From positions 1-64,000 of IMG/VR virus record IMGVR_UViG_3300025276_004419: DNA of 64,000 nt. One strand, given 5' to 3'. Source of the stretch: a virus. Shown here one piece after another: positions 46,071-55,973 of the stretch. Below the pieces are notes generated by a model. It did not search any database. It was given only the letters and a program-made list of their open reading frames with translations, and was not told where the DNA came from. The stretch's first letter is position 1, and each line of letters begins with the position of its first letter. Position numbers and translations under genes: made by a program.

Positions 46071-47993
46071 ATGCCGTTAGTAGACCTAAAAACTGACCTC
46101 AGATCATTAAGATTTGGTTCCCCTGATGTCCCAGGTGATAGGCCAAATGGTGCTTGGAGTGATCAACCTTATATAACAACACCAATAGGAGCTGATTTTT
46201 TAGCTCCTACACCCAATCGTTTTGCTATAGGAAATGGTAGTGATTTTATCCTTAGAGGTGGGGCAAGTGCCTTTGTAGATGCTACTACGGACGATATAAG
46301 ATTGGGTAAAATGTTTAAAGATCTTAAAACCCCAAATGGTATACAATTCATTGCTAAACAAAATTTGTTATCAATGACAGGGGTAAATATTTTTGCTGGG
46401 TACCCAACTTCTGTAAGAGCACTTAACAAAGCAAGATTAAATGATGGGGTGTATACTCCATTATCTGCATTATTAGCAGCAGGCCCTACAGGAAATCTTA
46501 TAGGAGGTCATCCTAATAAACAAGGTATAGACCCAACAGGAAATAATGCCTTTTTTAGTAGACCTCAATATACTAATTTAGTTAATAGATCAAATCCCCT
46601 ATTAATTAATAATTCAAGACTTTTAAGTCTAGATAATAAATTTATAAAAAAACAAACTTTCGGTCCTCTATTTACTTATTTAGGAGGACCTAATGCTGGT
46701 GCAGATGTTGCTTCTGTTAATACTATTATCTCTTTTGCTAAAGACGGTACTAGAACGGGTATTAACAACCCCGCATTTACAGGTAATCCCTCAGCATTTT
46801 TTGGTAGAGGAGGAGGTACTCTTACTAATAAAGAATTGTCTACTCTAAGTAACAGTTCATTTAGAATAACTAACAAAGTAAGAGATTTTAGAAAAGCTAT
46901 TACTCCTAAAACAATAGGTACTTTACAACATATCCAAGCTGTAAACAATGGTACTTTAACTAATGCTCCTAATTATACTACTAAAAACTTTGAAACCAGA
47001 GTAAACGCTGGTAACCCAGGTAACCCTGCTCTTAATAGAAAAAACTACACTAGAGGAGCAATCGACCCTACTACTAATAGGCCAAATGTAGTAAACAAAA
47101 TTAATGCATTGTATATGTATAATGCTGGAAATGTTACTTCACAAAACTCAGTTGTTAATGATTTTGTTAAATTTAGATTTGCAGTAATAAATCCAGATAA
47201 ACCTTTTAGAAAAACATTTGTTCACTTTCCAGCTTTTTTTGATGGAGCTATAACAGATAACATGGGAGCTAATTGGAGTAGCTTTAAATATTTGGGTAGA
47301 GGTGAAGAATTTTTTAATTATGAAGGATTTAGTAGAGATGTAAGTTTTGGTTTTCAAGTAGTAGCTCAATCAAAACCTGAGTTATCTATAATGTACCAAA
47401 AATTAAATTATCTCCAATCAACATTAGCCCCTAATTTTAGCACAAACGGGTTTATGAGAGGTAATATTCATCAATTAACCATTGGTGGTTATTTCTTTGA
47501 ACAACCTGGAGTAATTACATCGTTAAGCTATACAATGCCTAGTGAATCCCCATGGGAAATAGGCATTCCCTCAACTGATTCTTCTACACCATCTGCAGGT
47601 GGTAACACGTACAGAGACCCAGCAGTAAAAGAATTAACCCATATTATTAATGTGAGTGTTCAATTCAAACCAATTCAAACATTCTTACCACAAACCGTAG
47701 GTTCACCTTTTGATACTACAAATCCCGATGGTATATTTGGTAAACAAGATATAAAACAAAAGTTTATACAATTAGCTAATGGATCACAGCTAAATCAAAA
47801 TCTATATGATTTAGGAGTTCCTAATGCAATAGTAATACCAAATCCTCAGGAACCTTTACCAGATTTAGAATTTGAAAGTTTAAACATTGAGGAAGAGTTA
47901 GAAGATGAATTTGATGGACAATTTAATTTTATTAATCCTTTAGATGATTTTGATTCAGAAGTTACAAGATTAGAACTTTTAGATAGAGGGTAA
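46071..47993 (+). CDS. baseplate/tail-tube initiator-like protein
   Basis: C-half (F.AF....ITDN..A.W....YLGRGE.F.NY.GFSR..SF.F) resembles tube-initiator folds; synteny. Confidence 0.55.
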   Translation: MPLVDLKTDLRSLRFGSPDVPGDRPNGAWSDQPYITTPIGADFLAPTPNRFAIGNGSDFILRGGASAFVDATTDDIRLGKMFKDLKTPNGIQFIAKQNLLSMTGVNIFAGYPTSVRALNKARLNDGVYTPLSALLAAGPTGNLIGGHPNKQGIDPTGNNAFFSRPQYTNLVNRSNPLLINNSRLLSLDNKFIKKQTFGPLFTYLGGPNAGADVASVNTIISFAKDGTRTGINNPAFTGNPSAFFGRGGGTLTNKELSTLSNSSFRITNKVRDFRKAITPKTIGTLQHIQAVNNGTLTNAPNYTTKNFETRVNAGNPGNPALNRKNYTRGAIDPTTNRPNVVNKINALYMYNAGNVTSQNSVVNDFVKFRFAVINPDKPFRKTFVHFPAFFDGAITDNMGANWSSFKYLGRGEEFFNYEGFSRDVSFGFQVVAQSKPELSIMYQKLNYLQSTLAPNFSTNGFMRGNIHQLTIGGYFFEQPGVITSLSYTMPSESPWEIGIPSTDSSTPSAGGNTYRDPAVKELTHIINVSVQFKPIQTFLPQTVGSPFDTTNPDGIFGKQDIKQKFIQLANGSQLNQNLYDLGVPNAIVIPNPQEPLPDLEFESLNIEEELEDEFDGQFNFINPLDDFDSEVTRLELLDRG

Positions 47994-47995
47994 TT

Positions 47996-48289
47996 ATGGG
48001 AAGATATAGCAACACATTAATTCAAAGAAACCGAGAAGGCAGACGTTATTACGCTGCTAATCGATACGTTGAAATCCCACGTAGTAACAATGATTTATAT
48101 GTTATTACTACTGATGAAGACAGATATGATTTATTAGCTAACCAGTATTATAATGATCCTAGTTTTTGGTGGGTAATCTCATCAGCAAACCCAGAATATA
48201 TTGGTTCTATGTATCCCCCATCAGGAGTACAAATTAGAATCCCCAATAATTTAGCTTTTGTGTTAAATGCTTTAAATATAAATGAATAA
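47996..48289 (+). CDS. LysM/tail-X-like baseplate protein
   Basis: DRYDLLANQYYNDPSFWWVISSAN...G.QIRIP. Confidence 0.75.
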   Translation: MGRYSNTLIQRNREGRRYYAANRYVEIPRSNNDLYVITTDEDRYDLLANQYYNDPSFWWVISSANPEYIGSMYPPSGVQIRIPNNLAFVLNALNINE

Positions 48290-48292
48290 GTT

Positions 48293-51200
48293 ATGGCAGA
48301 TAGTAATTTCGAAGGTACTAATTTACTAGGAGGACCTTTTAAACCTTACGTAGACGAGCAAGTATCTCAAAGGCAAACACGTTTAGGTAGTATTCAAAAA
48401 AGCCAAGAAGATATTGTTTGGGAAAATGGTAAATCCGCTTATCTAGCATTAGCATCTTCAGTTGATATTGAAAATACCATATACCGAGAAATCAAAAATG
48501 AAGTAAGAGAAGTTTCAGTAGCACCATTTAATCCAACTAACTCTAAATCTATCATTTTTGATAATACTCAAACAACATTGCGAAATATTGAAACGGAAGT
48601 TACAAAAATCCATAATGATGGTGAAAAAAGAATTAAACAACTGGGTTTACCTAAGGAATATTTTGGTAATCAATTAGCCAATAATTTAGTATTATTTGGT
48701 GGTACTGCTTACTTTAAAACCAATGACGCAGATGAAAATGATACTATTACATCTAATGAATATTCAAACCCCTATTATCGTTCGGGTTTAGCTACCTCCG
48801 ATTCCCTCTTAAATGAATCAGCCTATGGTTTTGGTGGAACTAGTTTCGGTTTAAGTGCTATGCCAGGTTTAACTTCTTTTAATATTAAATCCCGTAATAT
48901 GGGTTCGTTAAGAGAAGCATCAATAACTATTAGAGCAAATAACAAAAAACAATTTAGTCTCATTGATAGTCTATATTGTAGAATAGGTTATACTATGTTT
49001 ATGGAATGGGGAAATTCTATTTATTTTAATAATGGTGGTAAATATGTTTCTAATCCTAATGCTGAAGGTGTAACAAGCCTCCTTCCAGTATTCTTATCAG
49101 GAACCAATGGCAATAAATCTATTAGTGATAATCCATCCCAATTCTTACAATTAATTGAAGAACGAAGGGAAAAATCTAACGGTAATTATGATGCGTTTTT
49201 TGGTAAAGTAAAAAACTTTAGTTGGGAATTTAACCCAGCAGGGTATTATGAAATTAGTTTATCTTTAATTAGTCAAGGTGATATAATTGAAAGTTTAAAT
49301 ATTGACGGGCAATACGGAGGAACATCAACGGTAGGTAATGTAACAGGTCCCCTACAACCTTCACCTAATGAAACCTCAGCATTAACTTCCTTTTTAACTA
49401 CAGCTGCTTCTCCAAGTAAAGAGGAAAGAACAATAGTAATAGCCGCTTCTTTTGGTCCTGATGGGAGTGCCCCAGAACAAGAAATTAATATATCTAAATT
49501 TCAAAATTATAAAACTTTTCTTTTACCAGACGTTACCACTTCAAAAACAACCTCGGCTAACCTTGGAGTTTCGGCTACAACAACTAATACAACTGAATCA
49601 ATCGCATTAGATACAATCGAATCTTTAAATTATGATAGACTTAAAAGTTCAATAGGAAAAATTGTTAGTGGTACAGCTGTATTTAGTTCGGAAAAGCCAT
49701 ATTTTTATATTCGTTTAGGGGATATTTTAGATTTTATTAAAGATAGACTACTAATATACACATCAGAAGGAAATAATGAACCTATTTTAGATATAGATAC
49801 AGATACTGATAAAAATATTTGTTACTACTCAGGTATAAATGTGTCAGCTGACCCTTCTAAAGTAATGGTAAAAGCAGGATTACCTTATACTAAAGAACTT
49901 TTAAAAGGGTTAAAATATAACCCAATAATTAAAAAAGATGGCACTCAAGATGAGGACTGGGAATGGGACGTAAATACCCCCAACATTTTTGATGACCCAG
50001 ATGCTAAATTAGAACAATATTCTTCACAAGAAAATCCTAATAATACAACAGAATCTTTTGCTTTACATGGGAAGATAATGAACATTTATTTTGAATATGA
50101 ATATCTTTTAAATGCTATTAAAGGTTTAAGAAACGAAAAAACAGGAACTATTAGTTTATATGACTTTGTAGATGAACTATGCCAAACTGCTAATAGTTGT
50201 TTAGGTGGAGTTAATAAACTATCCATTAGACTAGAAGATGATAGGATAATGAGGATTTATGACCAAAGTCCTATCTATGGAACCCAAAATGTTGAAGGTT
50301 CTGTTATTAATCTTTATGGGATAAACCCTACAGGTAGTTTGGGAAATCAAGGTTCATTTGTAACTGATTTCAATATTAAAACTGAATTAACCAATGATTT
50401 TGCTACTCAAGTTACAATTGGAGCACAGGCACAAAGTAATAATGTAGGATCTGATGCTACTGGTTTATCTGCTTGGAACTCAGGATTAAAAGATAGATTT
50501 TTTCCCGAAAAAATAGACTCTCTAAGAAAAAATAATGGTACAACAACCCCAACTACACAAGATAGGATAAATAAATTAACACAACAATTAAAATATCTCT
50601 GGTTAGGTTATTCTGAAGCTAATATCACATCTATTACAAATACAACATTTACATCTGCAGCAAATTCAAACACTTCAGATAATGTTCTTTGGTTTGAACA
50701 TTTTGATACTAAAAGGTTTTCTTCATTTGTAAAACTTCAAAAAAATTGGCTTCAAGAAATTATTAAATTAGAAAACGAAAATTTTAATAAAATACAAGTA
50801 AAAGCGGATAAATCAACTTTAGGTACTAACCAAATAGGGATGATCCCAATTAATATATCAGTTACTTTAGAAGGAATTTCAGGTATAAGAATATATGATA
50901 AGTTAGAAGTTGATACTAGATTTTTACCTGATTATTACCCTCAAACATTAATTTGGATTATTAAAGGTGTTTCACATGAAATCCAAAATAATAAATGGTA
51001 TACTAAATTAGAAACTATAGCAGTCCCAAAATTACCAGGTTCCCAAAATTTTGATTATATTCTGGGGAATAAAAGAGAAGATGGGGATCTAAAAAACTCT
51101 TTAGACACTGCAAACCTTACAGGTTTTACAGGCCCTACCCCTAATGCTGATAGATTAAGAGTACTTATAGCTAATTTAGATGGTGTTGTTGAAAGAAAAA

Positions 51201-51679
51201 AAGAAGGATATAAATATGGTGAATTATCCACAGGTGGGGACATAACAGAAAATATGGCTAAAACGGCAGGATTAGTACTTTCAACTTTAAAGCAAAAATT
51301 ACCTGGAGTTAGACTTGAAATCACTGCTGGTAATGATAAATACCATCAAGATTATAAAATGCAAAAAGCAACTAAAAATCAATACTATAATTCAAACCAT
51401 CTTACTGGTGGTGGGGTAGATTTTATAGTAATAGGTGGAGCAAACCCAAAACAAGTTAGCAACGTATTATACGCCATATTTTTAGGTACACCTAAATTAG
51501 GATTTTTAAATGAATATGGTTATAAAACAGCAGCTACATCAGGAAAGCATTTCCACATAGCATATGCTGATAGCGCATCATCACGTGATGGTAGAATTAC
51601 TACTTTAGAAGAAGCTAAAGATACCTTAAAACGATTAGAAAAATACGGAGGGCTTACTCCTATAACCTTAAACATATAA
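48293..51679 (+). CDS. baseplate hub protein with C-terminal M15-like Zn peptidase
   Basis: Large hub-like ORF; C-terminal SNHLTGGGVD (51392-51421) and HFH (51548-51556) zinc motifs. Confidence 0.65.
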   Translation: MADSNFEGTNLLGGPFKPYVDEQVSQRQTRLGSIQKSQEDIVWENGKSAYLALASSVDIENTIYREIKNEVREVSVAPFNPTNSKSIIFDNTQTTLRNIETEVTKIHNDGEKRIKQLGLPKEYFGNQLANNLVLFGGTAYFKTNDADENDTITSNEYSNPYYRSGLATSDSLLNESAYGFGGTSFGLSAMPGLTSFNIKSRNMGSLREASITIRANNKKQFSLIDSLYCRIGYTMFMEWGNSIYFNNGGKYVSNPNAEGVTSLLPVFLSGTNGNKSISDNPSQFLQLIEERREKSNGNYDAFFGKVKNFSWEFNPAGYYEISLSLISQGDIIESLNIDGQYGGTSTVGNVTGPLQPSPNETSALTSFLTTAASPSKEERTIVIAASFGPDGSAPEQEINISKFQNYKTFLLPDVTTSKTTSANLGVSATTTNTTESIALDTIESLNYDRLKSSIGKIVSGTAVFSSEKPYFYIRLGDILDFIKDRLLIYTSEGNNEPILDIDTDTDKNICYYSGINVSADPSKVMVKAGLPYTKELLKGLKYNPIIKKDGTQDEDWEWDVNTPNIFDDPDAKLEQYSSQENPNNTTESFALHGKIMNIYFEYEYLLNAIKGLRNEKTGTISLYDFVDELCQTANSCLGGVNKLSIRLEDDRIMRIYDQSPIYGTQNVEGSVINLYGINPTGSLGNQGSFVTDFNIKTELTNDFATQVTIGAQAQSNNVGSDATGLSAWNSGLKDRFFPEKIDSLRKNNGTTTPTTQDRINKLTQQLKYLWLGYSEANITSITNTTFTSAANSNTSDNVLWFEHFDTKRFSSFVKLQKNWLQEIIKLENENFNKIQVKADKSTLGTNQIGMIPINISVTLEGISGIRIYDKLEVDTRFLPDYYPQTLIWIIKGVSHEIQNNKWYTKLETIAVPKLPGSQNFDYILGNKREDGDLKNSLDTANLTGFTGPTPNADRLRVLIANLDGVVERKKEGYKYGELSTGGDITENMAKTAGLVLSTLKQKLPGVRLEITAGNDKYHQDYKMQKATKNQYYNSNHLTGGGVDFIVIGGANPKQVSNVLYAIFLGTPKLGFLNEYGYKTAATSGKHFHIAYADSASSRDGRITTLEEAKDTLKRLEKYGGLTPITLNI

Positions 51680-51680
51680 A

Positions 51681-52274
51681 ATGTATTTTCCAAAATCCCA
51701 AATACAAACTGGATTTTTTAGTAATAATGATTTAGCTATATCTGAAACTAAATCTTTATATGTAGGTCCTTATTTTAAAACTTCTGACGGGAGGTCTTAC
51801 TCTGGTAAAGAACCTAATGATGGTCGTAATGTCCTTTTAACCCCGACATCCGAATTAAATACAACAGCAAATGTTAATCTACCTGGTAATGATGTATACC
51901 AAGATCCTAGATTTAATGCACCAAACTTAGCATACAGCATTTTAAGTGGTAAAACTAAAAACAACCCCCCCTATTCCCCAATATCATACTTCCCAATCCT
52001 AACTCAGGATGATAAGGAAAATGGTGAATTTACTAGGTATTTTGCTAAAAAGTCAAACCAAAATATTTACACTGAAACCTCTGCAACTAACTATTTATTA
52101 TCTGTAGATAGTGCTTTGTATTTAAACTTTGAATTACAATGGGTTATAAGTGGAGAAAAGGAAAATGTTAGACAAATAAACGCAAAACAAATTGGATTTG
52201 TAGAGAAAAATTTACAGATTGATGGTCTAGGAGGATTCTTAAGATTTAATTATCTACAATTCTATCAAGAGTGA
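51681..52274 (+). CDS. hypothetical protein (baseplate region)
   Basis: 197-aa ORF. Confidence 0.5.
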   Translation: MYFPKSQIQTGFFSNNDLAISETKSLYVGPYFKTSDGRSYSGKEPNDGRNVLLTPTSELNTTANVNLPGNDVYQDPRFNAPNLAYSILSGKTKNNPPYSPISYFPILTQDDKENGEFTRYFAKKSNQNIYTETSATNYLLSVDSALYLNFELQWVISGEKENVRQINAKQIGFVEKNLQIDGLGGFLRFNYLQFYQE

Positions 52275-52306
52275 TAATGTAAAAAAAAGGTTGTATATTC
52301 ACATCC

Positions 52307-53566
52307 ATGTTTTGGTTAATAGAAAATAATAAACAATTTGAGGTTTTAAAGAATAGTGGTTTTAAAGAAGCGTTTGTAGAAGTTATATCAAATAACCCAT
52401 ACCAACATCCCTCACAAAACTCTATTATTGGCTTTTATGTAAGACCTATCCAAGGTCATAAGGGGTATATTCTACCTACATCTCATCCCGAATGTGAAAA
52501 CATATTTGAAGATGAGATTTACTTATGGTTAAAGGGGTTAGAGACGATATATGTTAGAGACAAGAAAGAGTTTCTACATTACACGATATTAAAACAGCTC
52601 GTAGATATAACATTGGGATCTCCTCCGTATATACTTCCACAAACTACCGCTCATTCTACATTATATAGGAGATTTCCGGATCTATTAACGGTAAACCAAC
52701 TCGTGCCAATTACCAAGCATTATGAGGTTTGCGAGCAAGTATATGATGATTTGGAGCACCGTGTTAATACCGCGGTAAACCCGTTCTATAATGACCGGGC
52801 TGCGTTGGTGTTTAACGCTATAGAGCGTAATGGCATAAAAATTGATAAGAATGAATTTGAAAAACATTTCCACCCAGTTGAAGACGAATATGTCTACACT
52901 GCTTACAACTATAAAACGCTTACGACTAGACCTTCTAACAAGTTTGGCGGAGTTAATTACGCGGCACTTTCTCATAAGGACGGGTCCCGAAAAAGTTTTA
53001 TTCCACGTAATAACAGGTTTGTGGAGTTTGATATTGGTGCTTACCATCCCACTTTGGCTGCCATGCTTGTGGATTACGAATTTGGTGATAAAGACATTCA
53101 CAAGTCATTTGCCGAGATGTATAAAGTGGATTATGCGAAAGCAAAGGAATTAACATTTAAACAATTATACGGAGGGGTATTTGATAACTATAAAGATCTT
53201 CCGTTTTTTAAGGCTACAAGTGAGTATATACGTACGACCTGGGAAACCTTTCAAACAGAAGGCGTTATCACATGCCCTATCTCTCATTACGAATACAAAA
53301 ATGACGTTTTAGAGGATATGAATCCTCAAAAGTTATTCAACTATATCTTACAAAATATGGAGACAAGCTTGAATATCGAGATATTATTTCGTATATTCAC
53401 ATTATTGAAAGGTATGAATACCAAATTGGTTCTTTACACATATGATTCATTTTTACTCGATGTGGATGATAGTGAATTAGCTGTGCTAGAACAGATTAAA
53501 AAGGTTTTTTATAAATTAAAGTTACAAATAAAAGAAAAGAATGGAATCAACTACGATTTTGCCTAG
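52307..53566 (+). CDS. compact, degenerate family-A DNA polymerase-like protein
   Basis: IERNGIKID, T.TTRPS, motif A EFDIGAYH, motif B AKELTFKQLYG, NYILQ, motif C YTYDS. Confidence 0.8.
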   Translation: MFWLIENNKQFEVLKNSGFKEAFVEVISNNPYQHPSQNSIIGFYVRPIQGHKGYILPTSHPECENIFEDEIYLWLKGLETIYVRDKKEFLHYTILKQLVDITLGSPPYILPQTTAHSTLYRRFPDLLTVNQLVPITKHYEVCEQVYDDLEHRVNTAVNPFYNDRAALVFNAIERNGIKIDKNEFEKHFHPVEDEYVYTAYNYKTLTTRPSNKFGGVNYAALSHKDGSRKSFIPRNNRFVEFDIGAYHPTLAAMLVDYEFGDKDIHKSFAEMYKVDYAKAKELTFKQLYGGVFDNYKDLPFFKATSEYIRTTWETFQTEGVITCPISHYEYKNDVLEDMNPQKLFNYILQNMETSLNIEILFRIFTLLKGMNTKLVLYTYDSFLLDVDDSELAVLEQIKKVFYKLKLQIKEKNGINYDFA

Positions 53567-54005
53567 TTACGACTATATTTATGGGTTAGACACACCATCA
53601 TCCCAAAATAAAATAGATTTGAATAATAAGTTATTTTGCACCTTTACTAGCCTAGAAAACCTAGACCAATTAGTAGAAGATCTGCAATCACAGTACACAA
53701 TCATGTACAATAAAATGTTTGTACTACATATAAAAAGTAACGACGAGTATGTTGTTACATATAATGTTGACCAACATAATGTATCCTCAATTCCAGAGAA
53801 TACAATTTTAGTTCACCGTAAAAAAGATAGTAATACACTTTACACTATTAACGCCCTAAACGAATTAATAAAACGTTTAAATGGAGGTGTTGTAGATTCG
53901 CGTTTTAGAGTAGACTGGCAACACTATCGTAATACAATCCTTTTAACTCAACAGAATGAGCTTAAAGAACTAAAAACAAAAATCCACAAAATCATTGAAC
54001 TATAA
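53541..54005 (+). CDS. hypothetical protein
   Basis: 154-aa ORF (KLFCTF...LYTINALN); true start may be downstream. Confidence 0.55.
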   Translation: MESTTILPSYDYIYGLDTPSSQNKIDLNNKLFCTFTSLENLDQLVEDLQSQYTIMYNKMFVLHIKSNDEYVVTYNVDQHNVSSIPENTILVHRKKDSNTLYTINALNELIKRLNGGVVDSRFRVDWQHYRNTILLTQQNELKELKTKIHKIIEL

Positions 54006-54060
54006 TTTGGAGTCCACCAAATAGTTTCGTATATTTAATCATTAATAAAAAGTTATAAAC

Positions 54061-54885
54061 ATGGATTTAGATGTAATCAAGCAGCGCCTGGAGGCTCTGC
54101 AAAAACCAACCTCCAACAATTCCAACAATGGTAAGTCATTGTTCTGGAAACCATCAGTAGGGAAACAAACGATTCGTATTGTTCCTTCTAAGTTTAATAA
54201 AGCAACACCATTCAGTGAATTGTATTTCCATTATGGTATTGGGAAACCAGTAATGATTTCTCCAATCAATTTTGAAGAAAAAGATCCACTAGTAGAGTTC
54301 GCTAAAAAACTCCGTCAAACCGACCAACCAGAGAACTGGAAATTGGCTAAAAAGCTCGAACCAAAAGTTCGTTATTTTGCCCCTGTTATTGTTCGTGGTA
54401 TGGAAGATGAGGGTGTTAAGATTTGGCAGTTCGGTAAAGAGCTATACTCATCATTTTTGTCAATGGCAATGGATGAAGAAGTAGGTGATTTTACTGATGT
54501 AGTTGCTGGTCGTGATATCAAGCTTACTACTGAAGGACCAGAAATGACAGGTACTAAGTACAATCGTACTATAGCTACTCCTTCAATGAAGCAAACATCA
54601 TTAGATGCTGATGCTTCAAAAGTAGAGTCTTGGTTAAGTAATCAAGTAGATCCACAAGGAGTATTTAAGCAAGTTCCTTACGATGAAATGAAAACAAACC
54701 TTGAGTCTTGGTTATCTCCAGAAGATGCTGCCCAAGAAGGTGATATCATTGATGATGAAAAGGATTCAACAACTCCTCAAACCAATTACTCGCTTAACAC
54801 TTCTACTGACAACGTAAAGAAAACTAAACTCGACAAGTTCGATAGTTTATTCGAAGACAGTAATAGTAATGATCTGCCCTTCTAA
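54061..54885 (+). CDS. single-stranded DNA-binding protein (T4 gp32-like)
   Basis: FWKP..GKQTIRIVP, KIWQFGK, DFTD...GRDI, acidic tail ending DLPF. Confidence 0.85.
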   Translation: MDLDVIKQRLEALQKPTSNNSNNGKSLFWKPSVGKQTIRIVPSKFNKATPFSELYFHYGIGKPVMISPINFEEKDPLVEFAKKLRQTDQPENWKLAKKLEPKVRYFAPVIVRGMEDEGVKIWQFGKELYSSFLSMAMDEEVGDFTDVVAGRDIKLTTEGPEMTGTKYNRTIATPSMKQTSLDADASKVESWLSNQVDPQGVFKQVPYDEMKTNLESWLSPEDAAQEGDIIDDEKDSTTPQTNYSLNTSTDNVKKTKLDKFDSLFEDSNSNDLPF

Positions 54886-54887
54886 GT

Positions 54888-55970
54888 ATGGCTAGAAAAG
54901 CAAGTAAATCTCTAACAGCAGCAGTGTCTGCCGAGATAAAATCTAAGTTTGATCTTAGTGGCTTTAAGGATAAGAAAGGTCTTAGTGGGAACGTTAAGTT
55001 TAAACCCCAACAGTGGGTCCCACTAAGTAACGCCTTCCAAGAAGTTACTTCAGTACCTGGAATACCTACAGGTCATATTGTTCTTTTAAGAGGACATAGT
55101 GATACAGGTAAAACTACAGCACTCATTGAGGCTGCTGTTAGTGCCCAAAAAACAGGTATTCTCCCAGTATTCATTATTACTGAAATGAAATGGAACTGGG
55201 AACACGCTATGCAAATGGGTTTAGACATTGAAGAAGTATTTGATAAAGAAACAGGTGAATTGACAGATTACCAAGGTAATTTTATTTACGCTGATCGTGA
55301 AACTATCCATACTATTGAAGATGTTGCCGCTTTTATTCTTGACTTACTAGATGAGCAGAAAAAAGGCAACCTACCATATGATTTAATGTTCCTTTGGGAT
55401 TCTATAGGTTCAGTTCCATGTGAGCTATCTATTAGATCTAATAAGAACAATAATGAGTGGAATGCCGGTGCTATGTCAACTCAATTTGGTAATAGTGTTA
55501 ATCAAAGGATTACATTATCACGTAAAGAAAGTTCTGTACATACAAACACATTAGTTTGTATAAATAAAGTTTGGACAGCAAAAGCAGAATCACCTATGGG
55601 TAAACCCAAGCTGATGAATAAAGGTGGGTTTGCTATGTGGTTTGATGCTACGTTTGTAGTTACATTTGGTAATATTGCTAATGCTGGAACATCTAAAATC
55701 AAAGCGATTAAAGATAAGAAGCAAGTTGAATTTGCTAAGCGTACTAATCTACAAATTGATAAAAACCACATTAATGGTCTTACCACTAGAGGTAAAATTA
55801 TTATGACACCCCATGGTTTTATTGAGGACACTGAAAAGGACCTTAAAAAGTATAAAGATGACCATACCGCAGAATGGAGTAAGATCCTGGGTGGTGGTGA
55901 TTTTGATATTATTGAGGAAGTTTACGAGGAACCCTTACCACAAGTTTTCACAGAACAAGAACCAAGTTAA
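54888..55970 (+). CDS. uvsX: RecA/UvsX-like recombinase
   Basis: GHSDTGKT P-loop, WDSIGS, CINKVW, GGFAMWF. Confidence 0.85.
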   Translation: MARKASKSLTAAVSAEIKSKFDLSGFKDKKGLSGNVKFKPQQWVPLSNAFQEVTSVPGIPTGHIVLLRGHSDTGKTTALIEAAVSAQKTGILPVFIITEMKWNWEHAMQMGLDIEEVFDKETGELTDYQGNFIYADRETIHTIEDVAAFILDLLDEQKKGNLPYDLMFLWDSIGSVPCELSIRSNKNNNEWNAGAMSTQFGNSVNQRITLSRKESSVHTNTLVCINKVWTAKAESPMGKPKLMNKGGFAMWFDATFVVTFGNIANAGTSKIKAIKDKKQVEFAKRTNLQIDKNHINGLTTRGKIIMTPHGFIEDTEKDLKKYKDDHTAEWSKILGGGDFDIIEEVYEEPLPQVFTEQEPS

Positions 55971-55973
55971 ATT

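Noticed and set aside
54006-54036. TTTGG...TATATTTA as a Bacteroidota sigma70-type promoter before the gp32 gene
   Set aside because: Only a partial match to TTTG/TAnnTTTG and too few clear copies to support by eye.
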